From Camelus ferus (taxonomy: Eukaryota), in the NCBI RefSeq assembly GCF_009834535.1, contig NC_045697.1, positions 65,722,001-65,786,000 on the forward strand: a stretch of 64,000 nucleotides of DNA, given 5' to 3'. Shown here piece by piece: positions 1-11,856 of this stretch; within the stretch, counting starts at the first letter, position 1, and every line of letters starts with the position of its first letter. A program made the translations under genes and the position numbers. The notes beneath the pieces are model-generated. The model did not search any database. It saw only the letters and a list, made by a program, of their open reading frames with translations, and was not told where the DNA came from.

Positions 1-354
1 AGACAAGTGACAGTGAGGGCTGGGAACTCGAGGGAGAGGGTGGAAGGAGAGATACAGACTTGGGCAAACTCTTTATTAATGGTGAAAGACAGACATAGCC
101 CATGGAAAAGGTATAGAGATGAAGAAAAAAAGGTTGAAGACATAATTTGCTTTCAGATGTCCCTTTTTTGCTTTCCTCTCCTTTTTTCACAGTCACCTAA
201 TTAATTCTCTCAGCACATCGTGTTACAATTATCCCTTTCTCTCCAAACCTATTCAAATCTTATGTGTTCTGTGGGTTCCAGCTAATGACCCACCCTCAGC
301 ATGTCTTCCCCAGCAAATCCAGCTCTAATCATACCCGAAAATATAGAGACAAAA

Positions 355-465
355 GATGATGAGTACACTGGGGACAGGGAGTGGGAGTGGTTGGAAGGGT
401 GTGGAAGGACATGAAGAGGTCTTCTGGGGTGCCGATAATCTGTTTCTTGCTGAGTGCTGAAACTC
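355..465 (+). mobile_element. Old L1 (L1M-type) 3' UTR fragment
   Basis: GGACATGAAGAGGTCTTCTGGGGTGCCGATAATCTGTTTCTTG resembles the 3' end of ancient L1MD/L1ME elements; heavily diverged. Confidence 0.5.
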
Positions 466-856
466 AGAGCAAGTTTCTGTATTTTATCTTCTATATAGAA
501 ACTTTGAGCACTGTGTTTCTGTATTTAGAAATATAGAAATATTTGTGTTTCTGTATTTTATCATCTTTGGAATTTATCAATATAGAGTAACAAGGGGAAA
601 AAATCCAGACCAAATATAGGCAGCGAAAAGAGATCCAAGCCACCAGCACTGACATTAGAGTTAAAAGAGGAAAAGGCGCTAACAAAGAAGTGACTGGAAA
701 AGTGCCTAGTGAGTAATGACAGCGAATTCTGCAATCTCTGTATCCTCAGGATCTACAGCAGTCCTGTACCAGAGTTGGGGCTGGGTAACTGGTTCTTAAA
801 TGAAAACGTGAACTGCTGCTCTGGACTGCCTCAGCTCTGCTTGTGGTTGACTTACA

Positions 857-1005
857 TGGTGGTTCTCATACCTCAGCAATCTGGTGGGCCTGTTAAAACA
901 CAGAATTCTGGGCCCCGACCCCAGTTTCTGACTCAGGAGATGTGCATAATTTGCATTTCTAAAATGTTCCAGCTGAGGCTTACGTGCTCTGTAGAGCCCC
1001 AGCCT
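857..1005. mobile_element. MER5A-like hAT-Charlie DNA transposon
   Basis: GTGGTTCTCA...TGTTAAAACACAGAATTCTGGGCCCCGACCCCAGTTTCTGACTCAG...AATTTGCATTTCTAAAATGTTCC matches the MER5A core. Confidence 0.8.
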
Positions 1006-1152
1006 CGGAGCACGGCTGCTCTGATGCACGGTGTTTGCCGTCCTTGCTGTTTACTGTTCTCATCCCCTCCCCGTGCTTCTTTACTCTTCACCTTTTTTTC
1101 AATTTTTGATCTTCATATTCAGTCATGTGCTGTTTACTTACAGTCTATCTGA

Positions 1153-1235
1153 TCTCATTTAATTCTTGCAAAGCCTCATTGAGGGAAGGATTATTATACC
1201 TATTTATAGATTAAGAAACTAAGTCTTAGAGAGCA
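1153..1235 (-). mobile_element. MIR SINE fragment
   Basis: CTCATTTAATTCTTGCAA...TTTATAGATTAAGAAACTAAGTCTTAGAGAG is the reverse complement of the MIR core. Confidence 0.7.
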
Positions 1236-1843
1236 TAAGGAGAAAATATTTCAATGTTGAATCTGTAAACCAAAATTATGCAGTGGACTAACAATAACCA
1301 GTCAAAGTTATAATGTCCTTTTGCGCTGCTTCATCACTTCCACTTGTTTAATTTTTCCCACCTCATCAATCACGAGCTCTTCTTAAACAGCCAGCATCAC
1401 TTTTCATAACTGCTGTATTGATCACATCACACAATTTTTCCAACCCTTTCGTGGTGGTTGTTCCTTTTGCCCCTATAGAATCTCTGTTATTAATCAATTG
1501 GTTTCTCTATAACTTGAACCAGTGTTTTGAACAGTGCTTTGACTGTAGGGACTTAACAAAACAATATTAACTGGTGTATTGGATAGAAATCTCCTAGATT
1601 TTCACCTACGCCTACCTCCTAATTGGCCATTATCTTTATTCCAGTAAGATATCATAATTATTTCTTTTATTAGCAGAATATCTCCTTGAAAGTAGAAACT
1701 TTGTCTCTTATAGTCACTAAATCTTAACCTGTTTTCACAGGGGGTGAAGAAAGACCTACTAATAAAATAAGATTTTTTTTTTGCTTATAGAAGGAAAACA
1801 ACAAGTCTCCTACTACATCCCCAAGGCTGTATTCCTAGTTTTG

Positions 1844-1943
1844 TACGAGGGATGCACATACAGGTATAAAGTCCACAGGCACCTTGTCAGCCTACGAGGG
1901 ATGCACATACAGGTATAAAGTCCACAGGCACCTTGTCAGCCTA
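1844..1943. repeat. Perfect 49-bp tandem duplication
   Basis: TACGAGGGATGCACATACAGGTATAAAGTCCACAGGCACCTTGTCAGCC occurs at 1844-1892 and 1893-1941, followed by TA. Confidence 0.98.
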
Positions 1944-4097
1944 AAATCACATAACCACAGACTCTTGAAAGTGAAATAGTCATAATTTATCATCTGTTTC
2001 ACAACCATCTTTATCCAGATCATTGTGGGAAACAAAGTTTCTGAGATGAATGATAAATGGGCCATAGCCATATAGTTATATCCTGGCAGAGTCTGAATTA
2101 CAGAAAATTCCAGATTTCCCTACTATCAGTCTTATGTACTTCCTTTTGTCCCTAAAATCCTAGTCTAGCGCCAAAACTTTAAGATGTCTGAAGGCAAAGT
2201 ATGTATCCAAGCTTTGAATCAGGCACAATGAAGGCAGAAAGAAAAACAGAAGTGATAGAAAGGGTCCTGTAAGGTCCTTCCTGTCTAGCTTCCCCTGACC
2301 TCTCTCTCCGGTACCACTCTGTTCCCCACTAACTGCATCCTGAGGCCCTGGCCTGTTCCTGGTGCCTTCTTCTGCCCCAGGGCCTTCATTCCCGCACTCA
2401 CATTTTCTCTGGCTAACTCCTCAACTTCCCGACTCAGTTTAAATGACCTCCTCCTAAGGTGAAATCCAGTCACTTTTGTCAACTTCCAGGGCTTTTCCAC
2501 AGATACCAGCTCTAAAGAGATGTTCACTGGTCCAGTGTAAATTGAGGCCAAAGGGGAGACAGTGTAGTCAGATGTTAACTCCATGCATTCAGTTTAAAGA
2601 TCTGTCTTGTTCTGACATGATATCCTGCTTACATTTGGAGAATTAAATAGCCTATCACTTAGGAAATGAGCTCAGCTTTTTAAAATGTCTTTACTTAAAA
2701 TAAAAATTGAACAACCTTGGTCAAATCGCCCAAGTATTTTTTTTCTGAAGTCTAAAAAGTCTTGGAATTGCATATCCCTTACTCTAAATTACTGTGGAGG
2801 ATCGAAGGTAGGGGAAAGGACCAAAAAACATAATAAAATGTGTAAGCAACTTGCTGTACAAGACCCTCGGTCTTGCTTCCTCTTTTAAGCAACTCGGTGC
2901 TTTAAAGCCTCAGTACTAAGTTTCTAAGCAGCTGCTGCTGACTCTCCTTTCACATTCCTTACATTAAAAAAAAAAAAAAAAAGTCCTTTGGGATGTTTTA
3001 TGCAGAATTCTATGTCCTACTTTAAATCTGAGAACTTTTTGACCTTCAGAACATGTTGAAAAATGAAAAAAAAAAAAAATGAGAAAAGTAGCCTGTTCAA
3101 AGAGAAGCTTTTAAAAAATCTTCAAGCAAAGCTTTTCTGTGTTATCACTGATTAAAATAAAAAGGGTAACAAACAAATCTTTAAAAGGAGTTGTTCCTTG
3201 AAACCTTTCATATACATACTGCCAAAAAAAAAAAAAGTCCGTTCTGAAACAAAGACTTGTGGAGCCAGCCTATTGAATACAAAATCATCAGACTCTGTCT
3301 TATTCGGATATGAAGGTGACCATCTGAGGTCTCCAATAGCCATTGTAACCACCGTCTGTAAAATCATTTCTCTGAAAAACTGGCTACCTCTAGGATACAG
3401 ATTCTGAATAATCTCACAAAAGATGGTAGAGAAATCCCTTCAGGAAAGATTTAAATAATGGGCCATTACATCCCACCTTCAGAGTTTCTCACATCCTTTG
3501 CCAACGATGAAAATCCATCTTAACTCTTGACAGGAGACAACCAATTGATGTGTTCCCACTGGTTAGAATGTTCCTTTTCTTCTCCACCAAAAATGACCTT
3601 GTGTGCATCACCAGGTCTGCAGGCAGCACAAGGGAGTCATTCTTTTGATAACATGGGACTTAAAATTCAGAACTGTGGAATTGCACAGGAAGAGTTCCAA
3701 AAGGCTGAGGTCTCTTGGTGGAGCTTATGCTGAATACAGCAGAGAGGCTCCACAATGAAACACCTGGTCAAGATGGTTTTAAATTCAAATGCTTTCATTT
3801 CTTCTGTATTTTTACACTTTGGAAATCCATGCAGCTGCTATCAGGCAGAACATGCGAGGGGGGATCTTGAAAATTACCTCAATATCCCCATTTGCATGCC
3901 TGTTTTGATATGGTCATACTACAGGGCTAACATGAAAAATAAGTTTTAAAATGCAATAAGAATTTTAAAGTTAACCTAAAAGGAGAATCCATACTGAAGT
4001 CTGTGGAGTCAGCCATATGTAGTGTGCCTAATATGTTCCAAGGTTAAGTAAATTGATCTGAAAAGAGAAGGAAAAAACAGAAACTAGCAGTGCTTTG

Positions 4098-5140
4098 TCC
4101 CATTCAACAAGTATTTATTAACCACCTGCTGTGTGCCAGACACTCTCTCGGGCAGTGGTTTGCAGCTGTGAACCACACACAGTCCCAGCCTCCAAGCTGC
4201 TTACTGTCTAGGAGGAAAGGTAAACAAGTGGATGGAATATTTTCTGTTCAGTGTGATTTGTGTTCTGGGAACACAAGCAGTAGATAAAGGACTCTGGTGA
4301 AAAGTATCAGGAAGGCTTCCCAGTGAAACTGATGCTGAACAATTTAAAGAGCAATTGATGTCAGTTGATATTATGGACTGAATTGTGTATTCCCAGAATT
4401 CCTGTTCTGCAGTTCTAATCCCCAGGACCTCAGGATGTGACTGCATTTGGATATAGGGCCTTTAAAGAGGTAGTTAAGGTAAGTGAAGTCACTAGGGCAA
4501 GCGCAATCCAATCTGACTGATGTCCTTCTAAGGAGAGGAGGATAGGCTGCAAATACATACAGGAAAGATCATATGAAGGTACAGTAGGGAAGCCATCTAC
4601 AAGCCAAGGAGAGAGGCCTCAAAGGAAGTCAGCCCTGCCGACTCCCTGATCTAGGACTTCTAGCCTTCAGAACTAGAAGAAAATGAATTACTGTGGCTTA
4701 AGCTACTTTGTCACGGCAGCCCCAGCAGATTAGCACAGCTGCTGAAGTGAAGCACGTGCTACAACAGAAGGAGCAGGAGGAGGAAGCACCGGGGAATGAG
4801 TATGAGTGAGCTGTGGCAGCAGATGAGCCCAGGGAGGTACGCAGGGCTTCACTGGAGGAAATCTCACCTCCTTCGCAGGGGCCCGAGATGCCCAGTCGAA
4901 GAGTTCAGACTTGATCTTGATCTGAGGTTGACAGGACGCCATCAGAGATATTTTTACGTGAGATTAAATAGCTTACATTTTATAAAATTTACTCCACCTG
5001 CAATGTTAATTATTGATTGTCTGGAAGCAGGACTCTAGCAGCTGGGAGACCAAGCTGAAATTTATTGCAATAATCCAAACAAGAGATGATAGCAACCTAA
5101 AAAACATTGAAATGGAGGTGGGTAAAGTCATCTTGAGACA
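4098..5140 (-). mobile_element. L2 LINE 3' region, interrupted by an MLT1 LTR
   Basis: CATTCAACAAGTATTTATT...GTGTGCCAGACACT is the reverse complement of the L2 3' end; L2-like sequence resumes after 4737 (GGGAGACCAAG...ATTGCAATAATCCAAACAAGAGATGAT). Confidence 0.7.
4369..4737 (+). mobile_element. MLT1A-type ERVL-MaLR solo LTR
   Basis: TTATGGACTGAATTGTG...GGATGTGACTGCATTTGGATATAGGGCCTTTAAAGAGG...AAGCCAAGGAGAGAGGCCTC...GGACTTCTAGCCTTCAGAACT...GCAGCCCCAGCAGATTAGCACA; about 370 bp. Confidence 0.9.
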
Positions 5141-8100
5141 TGAAAAAACAATGTGGAAACAAACAAACAAACAAAAACAGCTGTAGGACAAAGGATGAGG
5201 ACAAAGGTGTTACAACGATCTCTGAGCCTCCCCACACCATCGCATTTCCACCCCGGTGGTTAGTCTTCTCAGAGCAGCCACATTTATCCTGGCAGAGAAG
5301 GCAAATTCCATTTTCATTAGTTAATATATTTGGCAACATCTCCTAAGGCACCTGCCAACACGAGTGTGTCTCAGGCTTGGACTCTTGAACTCTGAGATCT
5401 GAGAACACTAAATTCGTTCACACTTCTAAAAAGAACAGGGATTGAGGCATAGGCTGTAATACCTATATTTATAACACTGTCCAGAAGTGTTCTGTTTTGT
5501 ATGTGTGAAATTTGCTGACAGAATACTCACAAACCCTCTTAATGTGTACCTCTAGCCTTGACATCCCTGAGGAGGAATAAACTACCTTCTAAATATAGTT
5601 AGCTCGGAGAGAGAAGTAGGGGAGGGAGAGAGAGGAGGAAGGAAGGGAAATAGAGGAAAAGAGAGGGAGGCTTTAGGTTTGGGTTTTTTTTACCCCATTA
5701 CGTGACTCCTTAGTCAAGCTCTCTCTAGTGCAAAAGGATGTGGCTCATCCCTTGGGTGAGATTCCAGTCCCTGCTGGAACCTCTGTGAAGTCAACGTGTC
5801 CGATTTTATTAGAAGCTCCACACGAGGCTAAACAGGAGTTAGCAAGAAATATGTAAAGTCAGAGAGTCTCACACGTGAAAACTTTATTTGCCATCTATGC
5901 GATGTTCAAATATTAAAAGGATTTATCTTTATTAGCCTTTCTTCAGAGGACTCCACTTTAAATATCAGTAAGCTTTTAAAAATAAGGACAGGCTTTAGCA
6001 AATTGCCAATCCAGGCCTTTTCTTTTATTTCCCATGTTTCTCAATAAGTGGATGTATTGTAGCACACGTGTCTGTCTGTCCAGTAGCCAACATTTTCACG
6101 TTCTCCATTCAGTGACCACGTCCTCTCTTTTATCATATTTCCCAACTGGTCCTTCAGGGCCTTTATCTTCCTCTTAAACACCATGTGGCTTCCCAAACCA
6201 GAAGGTTTTTAAGGGAACATCACTTTTTTGTGCTTCCTGCAGAAGCCTGAGCACAGAGAGAAATGATAATGCTCTGGCCCCTGCTTTATTCATAAAACAC
6301 TTTGCAAAGTGCATTTAGTAATTTGCCATTGTAACCACTGGCACCCAGAGCTTTCAGGCCCGAGTTCTGACACTATTTAGTTCATTCTTTGACTGCTCAG
6401 CTAAAACTTCCATTTGTATGCATTTATTCTGCTTCACACATTATGTTATCAGTCACTTTCAATATTTCAAAGTCACAGCAGGCTTTTTCTGACACACATT
6501 TGTCAGAATGAACTGCCTTGATTGCTATTATTACAGACTACAGTGCCTGAGTAAGGGGAAAGCATATGTAGTACCAGAATATTGAAACTGCCTGATAAAA
6601 CAATAGATACAAGAGAGTAAAAATAGAATAAATGCATATAAATGGATGCTTTAAAAGGCCAGCAAAATATAGGATTATAAAATAGGCATATAGAGTTCAA
6701 AAACCCATGAAGAAAAATGTAATACGTTTTTTGAAGATAAGGAACTGGTTGAAAATTTCACCATCCCGGTGTTGGCAAATAAGTGCGTATTACATACTTC
6801 TTTTCAGTAATCTGGGATTCAGATAGGCTCTGTGGAAACTGTCATTGAGTTTTGGCATGAAATCCAGTACTGAAATAACAAAGAACATAATAGAAACATA
6901 CACCTTGACCAAAAAAAATTTAATGAAAGCTCTAAGGATCTAACCAAAACCCCAGACACATTACTCCTTTCTTATTCTTGGTCGACCACTGAGCATGTTA
7001 CCCAGCAGAAGATCTGTGCCGTCTGCCTGCGCTTTCCTTCAATTTGGTCTCTAACCATCCTTCAGAACTGCACACTGAATAAGTGCCATGGAAACTGATT
7101 TTAGAATCAAAGAACACCAGGATCTAGAGGTGGACTTCCTTAGAAATTCCTTCAATTTCAAGACTTGCATAAAGCATAAAGTGATTAAATAAGCCACAGC
7201 AGTTAGTATACCAAAGCTCTTTTCAAAAGTAAATTAATAAAACATGGAAATCAGAAGCATTTTCATTAATGCCACACATGAGAAAAACAGAAAAAGCCAA
7301 GCTGTATTGTTTATAAACGGGACATTTATGTAGCTTTATGAACTTACCTCAGTGCATATATTCCTTAGTGTATTTTTCTAAAGTAATATTCAAAAAATTA
7401 TGGTATATATAGAAAACCACCACCTAACAGACCCACAATTTGGAAACTCAAATTTAAAAGAAATTATAACTCCCCCCAAAAAGCCAAAAGATCTAGGTCA
7501 TATATTTGCTTATTCCAGAAATAAGATCTAATTTCTTCTAAAGAAATTATGTACAATTTGAATGTTATTTAAATCCCTGAAATGAAGGATTGCTATTTTA
7601 ATTCTGCTAGAATCCTTATAATGAAATCATATTTGAACAATTTTAGGCAGCTTAAATTATTCTAAGTCCCTCATCATCTGATCTATTCATTGTTATAAAC
7701 TCCTTACAAATATTAATAGTTTTTTGGTATTTATTGATTCTTCACAGACCATCTGACTATTAGCATAACTCTGTATTTATAGGCAGAAAAATCATTATGG
7801 TGAAATATACACTGCTGGAATTCAGAATTTTTTTTATTTGAGAAATATGTTTATTAGCATAAATTTAATACTCATAAATATATTTTCTATTAAAAGAATG
7901 CCCTGAGAATATTAAAAATGAGTCTTGAGATTTTTAAATAAAAAATCATGATGACTCAGGAGGTATGCAGAATATATCTTAAAAATATTTAAATACATAT
8001 CGTCACTGTATCCAAGCAAATTTAAAGTATTATCAATTTTGTTAAAATATCTATTTTACTTTATAATAATAAAGATTGTTGTTTCTAAATGTCAGTTATT

Positions 8101-10264
8101 CCTCTCAGAGGAAGAAAAGGTTTATTGCAGTCAGTAGTCATTCTAGTGAAGTGTTTCTCTTCCTAATTAATGTGTTAGGAAGGATAAATATATTCTGTTT
8201 ATGTGCAAAAAATTTAAATTCATTTTCCATTAATTACTAAATATTTTCAATCTTAATTATATTCCACAGTGTATGGAGACATCAAAAATAACAAGTACCA
8301 TAAAGTGTGACGATTGGGGGACTAGAAAAACCCCTAAGATGTATTATGTAATTTATTTGTATTGATTAACCCAATTACTATTTTTGAAAAATCATTATGT
8401 CAGCTTAGAACTGCTGCAAGTGATTATGTCTAAGTTATAAATAAAATTAATTTAGTCTGTTCATCAACATGCAAGTGCTTTTATCTAATAAAACAAAGTA
8501 TATACAGAGATTACACAGTGGAAATTTTAAGATAAATCACCAATAAATAGAAGTGAGAATTTTAGCAGATTTGCTCATCACAAAATTAAATTCCTCATCT
8601 GCATACACACATCACAGTTTGCACAAACTCATACACCCTCCTTCACACACACACATACACACACTGCACACTACATTCCGCACTCCCAGTCATGCATTTC
8701 CCTCCACATATTTGATTTATAATTACCGTACTAAAAAGGATAGCTGTGAAAAGGAGAGGCAATTAATTCTAGCTGTCATTTCAATGAAATATCACATAAA
8801 TGTTCAAGTTTTTTAAACCTTTTTCTGCTAACCACTGCTTCAGAAAAGTTCATATGATCAGTTCTTTTTCAGGTCATTTTGAAGGTGTGTTTTTTCTCAC
8901 AGATGTTTTACTGCCCCAGCAGGAGAAAGGTTTCAGTACATTGTCACTGGTACTCTTTGGGATTGTGGTATGTACAGAAGTCTGGCATCTGAGTAACTCT
9001 GCCTAGCAGGGTGTACACTGATAACAATGGCACCTATTTAAAAATAAGAAATTCTTCTTTAGCTAGCCCTATCTTCAGGTGATATTTTAGTCATATTTTT
9101 GTCCCCTTTCATATACTATTTCCTTACAATTCTGTGCCGCTTCTTCTTTCTTGTTTGTATCTTAGTAGAAACTCATTTTATCTTTATAGTAATTATAATA
9201 ATACTTTAATGTGTTTAGAATATTGTGTATCTTATATAATACTTAGGACGTAGTATGTGTGTTACAGATATTGAGTGAATGCTTATGTTAAACTGTAGAT
9301 CAACCAAATGACTTTGAACCACTGTTATGGATGAAACGTTTCCCACCAAACCATAAAAATTTTCTCTACTATCAATATTCTGTCATGGCAGTATTAGATT
9401 TGGTAGGACAGAGATGCCTTCTACCATAGTGTCTTTCCTGGATGAAAAAAATAAATAAAAGTATAAATATGACACACTCTTTGATTCAACCATCTACTCA
9501 AAGGGTCAAGCACAAATTTAGGGGGAAAAAAATCTGATCTCTATTTCCAATCACCTCTGCCCCAGACTTCAGAGAACTCATATTCAGAGCATTGGTTCTT
9601 ATTTGTTTCTTTACTGTGATAGTGTTCTTATTCAGAGTGTTCTACTTAAGTGTCTCCTTGGGGAACTATCTGGAAGCTACACTGAGGGCGGAAATCTATA
9701 GTTGGATTGCCTAAGGTACAAATTTCTTGTAGAACCTAATACAACTGCCAATTTACTTTTGAGAGCAATCAGGATGTTCATTAGTAATTGAGTTGAAGCA
9801 GAGAGGAACTTCATTTGTACCGAGTCAGTGACCTGGATCGTTTCGGAATGAGTATTGAGCTGAAATGGACTATTCATTTCTACTTCCACTGGGATACTAC
9901 ACCAAAAGGTTATTGCTCTTACCTTCTTCTGGTGGTGATAGGAATTTCAGGAGCAGAAAAAAAGACTATATGTTTACCACTTGTATCTCAGGGTAATATC
10001 CTAATATGATATTTGATAACTCTTAGAGCATGAGAAACCCTGTATTTTAGACTAACCTATGGGACTGATTCCAACACCTTCACTGAGAAAGGTAATTGAG
10101 ATATGATGACAGCACGCTATGGTTAATCAAAGGTTTCAAAGGTGGAGAAGGAGATAAATTAGACAAATCTGTAGTGTAGTCAATAGGCACTGGAATAAAG
10201 TTGTAGGAACTTCAGTAGTTACTAAAGTGGTGCTATTTAGCATTGAAATAATACCGCTTGAGTA

Positions 10265-10490
10265 ACTGTAATAGCAAAGCCTATATAGGGCACCCTATAG
10301 CTAGGCATTCACAGAGCTTTACGTATATGACTATTTTTGTCCTCCTAACTACCCCATGCTACAGATGAAAGAACTGGAGATTAACTGGAGGTTAAGTGAC
10401 TTGCCCAAGATCATAGAATCAGCAAGTGATGGAACTGTTGTTTAAACCTCCACAGTCTGGCTCCAGAGTCAGTGCTCTTAACCACGAGAC
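10265..10490 (-). mobile_element. MIR SINE
   Basis: ACAGATGAAAGAACTG...GGTTAAGTGACTTGCCCAAGATCA...CAGTCTGGCTCCAGAGTCAGTGCTCTTAACCAC. Confidence 0.9.
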
Positions 10491-10537
10491 CCTACTAGTA
10501 GTCTGGAAAGCCAGTGAAATGGGCCATCAAGACTATA

Positions 10538-11040
10538 CAAATGATCCCCATCACCATGGTTCAGCTCAGCAGTTTTTCAACTTTAAGGTGGTGCAAATGG
10601 TACACTTTCAGTAGAAACCATACTTGGAATTTGGAATTTTGCACTCATCCTGGGCTAGCAATATGCAGTACTGTATTCTCTCATGATGCTGGGCAGGGGC
10701 AGCGAGTCACAGCTCCAGTCAGCCATGGGACAGGGGGGTAGACCACCAACATACTTAACAGCTGTTCTGAACCCAGACAAGCACTCTGGTTTTCACTTTC
10801 AGGACAGTGTTCAATAAACTACATGAGATACTCAATACTCTGATATAAAATAGGCTTTGTGTTAGATGATTTTGCCCCACCATAGGCAAATGTAGGTGTT
10901 CTGAGCACATTTAAGGGGGGTTAGGCTAAGCTATGATGTTTGGGAGGTTAAGTGTATTAAATGCCTTTTTGACTTAAAATATTTTCAACTTAAGATTGGT
11001 TTACCAGGATATGACTCCATCATAAGTCAAGAAAGATCTG
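10538..11040 (-). mobile_element. MER47/Tigger5-type TcMar DNA transposon (non-autonomous)
   Basis: Flanked by TA at 10536-37 and 11041-42; degenerate terminal inverted repeats; internal TAGGCTTTGTGTTAGATGATTTTGCCC...TAGGCTAAGCTATGATGTT typical of MER47. Confidence 0.85.
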
Positions 11041-11061
11041 TATTGCATTCAGATTCCAAGT

Positions 11062-11856
11062 TACTATTGTGATTTATACTGAGAAATATATTTGGTGTTT
11101 GTCTGGCACAGAGCTCCTAAAACTTTTGATGAGAGCAACAGAAACTGTCTTTTATTGTGTTAATGAGGTGACTTTTCAGCTGCTCCTATGAATGTGGGGT
11201 GATTGCCAGGAAAGCCAACCTTTTTTGGAGGGTTGAAAGTTTCAGTCCCATCCCCCTTCTGTCTGGGGAGGGTAGAGAAGCTGGAAGTTGGATGAATCAC
11301 CAGTGGCCAATGATTTAATCAATCATACCTATGTAATGAAGCCTTCTTAAAAACTCAAAAGGGCAGGACTTCCAGATTGGTGAACATGTGCAGATTTGGG
11401 GAGAGTGACGCGCAGGAGAGGACATGGAATCTCTGTGCCCTTTCCCCGTATCTTGTCTTATGCACCTCTTCCATCTGGCTGTTCCTGAGTTACATCCTTT
11501 TGTAATAAACCAGTGATCCAGGAGTGAAACCATTTCTCTAAGTTCTGTGAGCCACTCTAGCGAATTAATCAAACTCAAAGAGGTTGGGGGGTGGGAGGTG
11601 GTTATTGGAACCTCCAGTCTATAGCCATAGGTCAGAAGCACAGTCTGGACTTGTGATTGGCATCTGAAGTGGTGGGGCGGGGGCGGGGTGGTGGGGGGAG
11701 TCTTGTGAGACTGAGCCCTTAACCTGAGGAATCTGATGCTGTCTCCGGGTAGGTAGTGTAAAATCTGAGTTGAAATATACAACACCCAGATGGTGTCTGA
11801 GAATTGCTTGTGATATGGGAAAATCCCACACCCTACATCAGAATTGGTGACCAGAA
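11062..11856 (+). mobile_element. MER21 (MER21B/C-like) ERVL solo LTR
   Basis: AGAAATATATTTGGT...GGCACAGAGCTCCTAAAAC...GGCCAATGATTTAATCAATCATACCTATGTAATGAAGCC...CTTCCATCTGGCTGTTCCTGAGTT...AATAAAC; ends GGTGACCAGAA. Confidence 0.88.

Noticed and set aside
709..1152. 147-aa ORF
   Set aside because: It spans a MER5A element, starts at GTG and has a random-looking composition.
8903..8967. Plus-strand AG...GTATGT exon-like segment (65 nt)
   Set aside because: No recognisable peptide in any frame and no supporting neighbouring exons.
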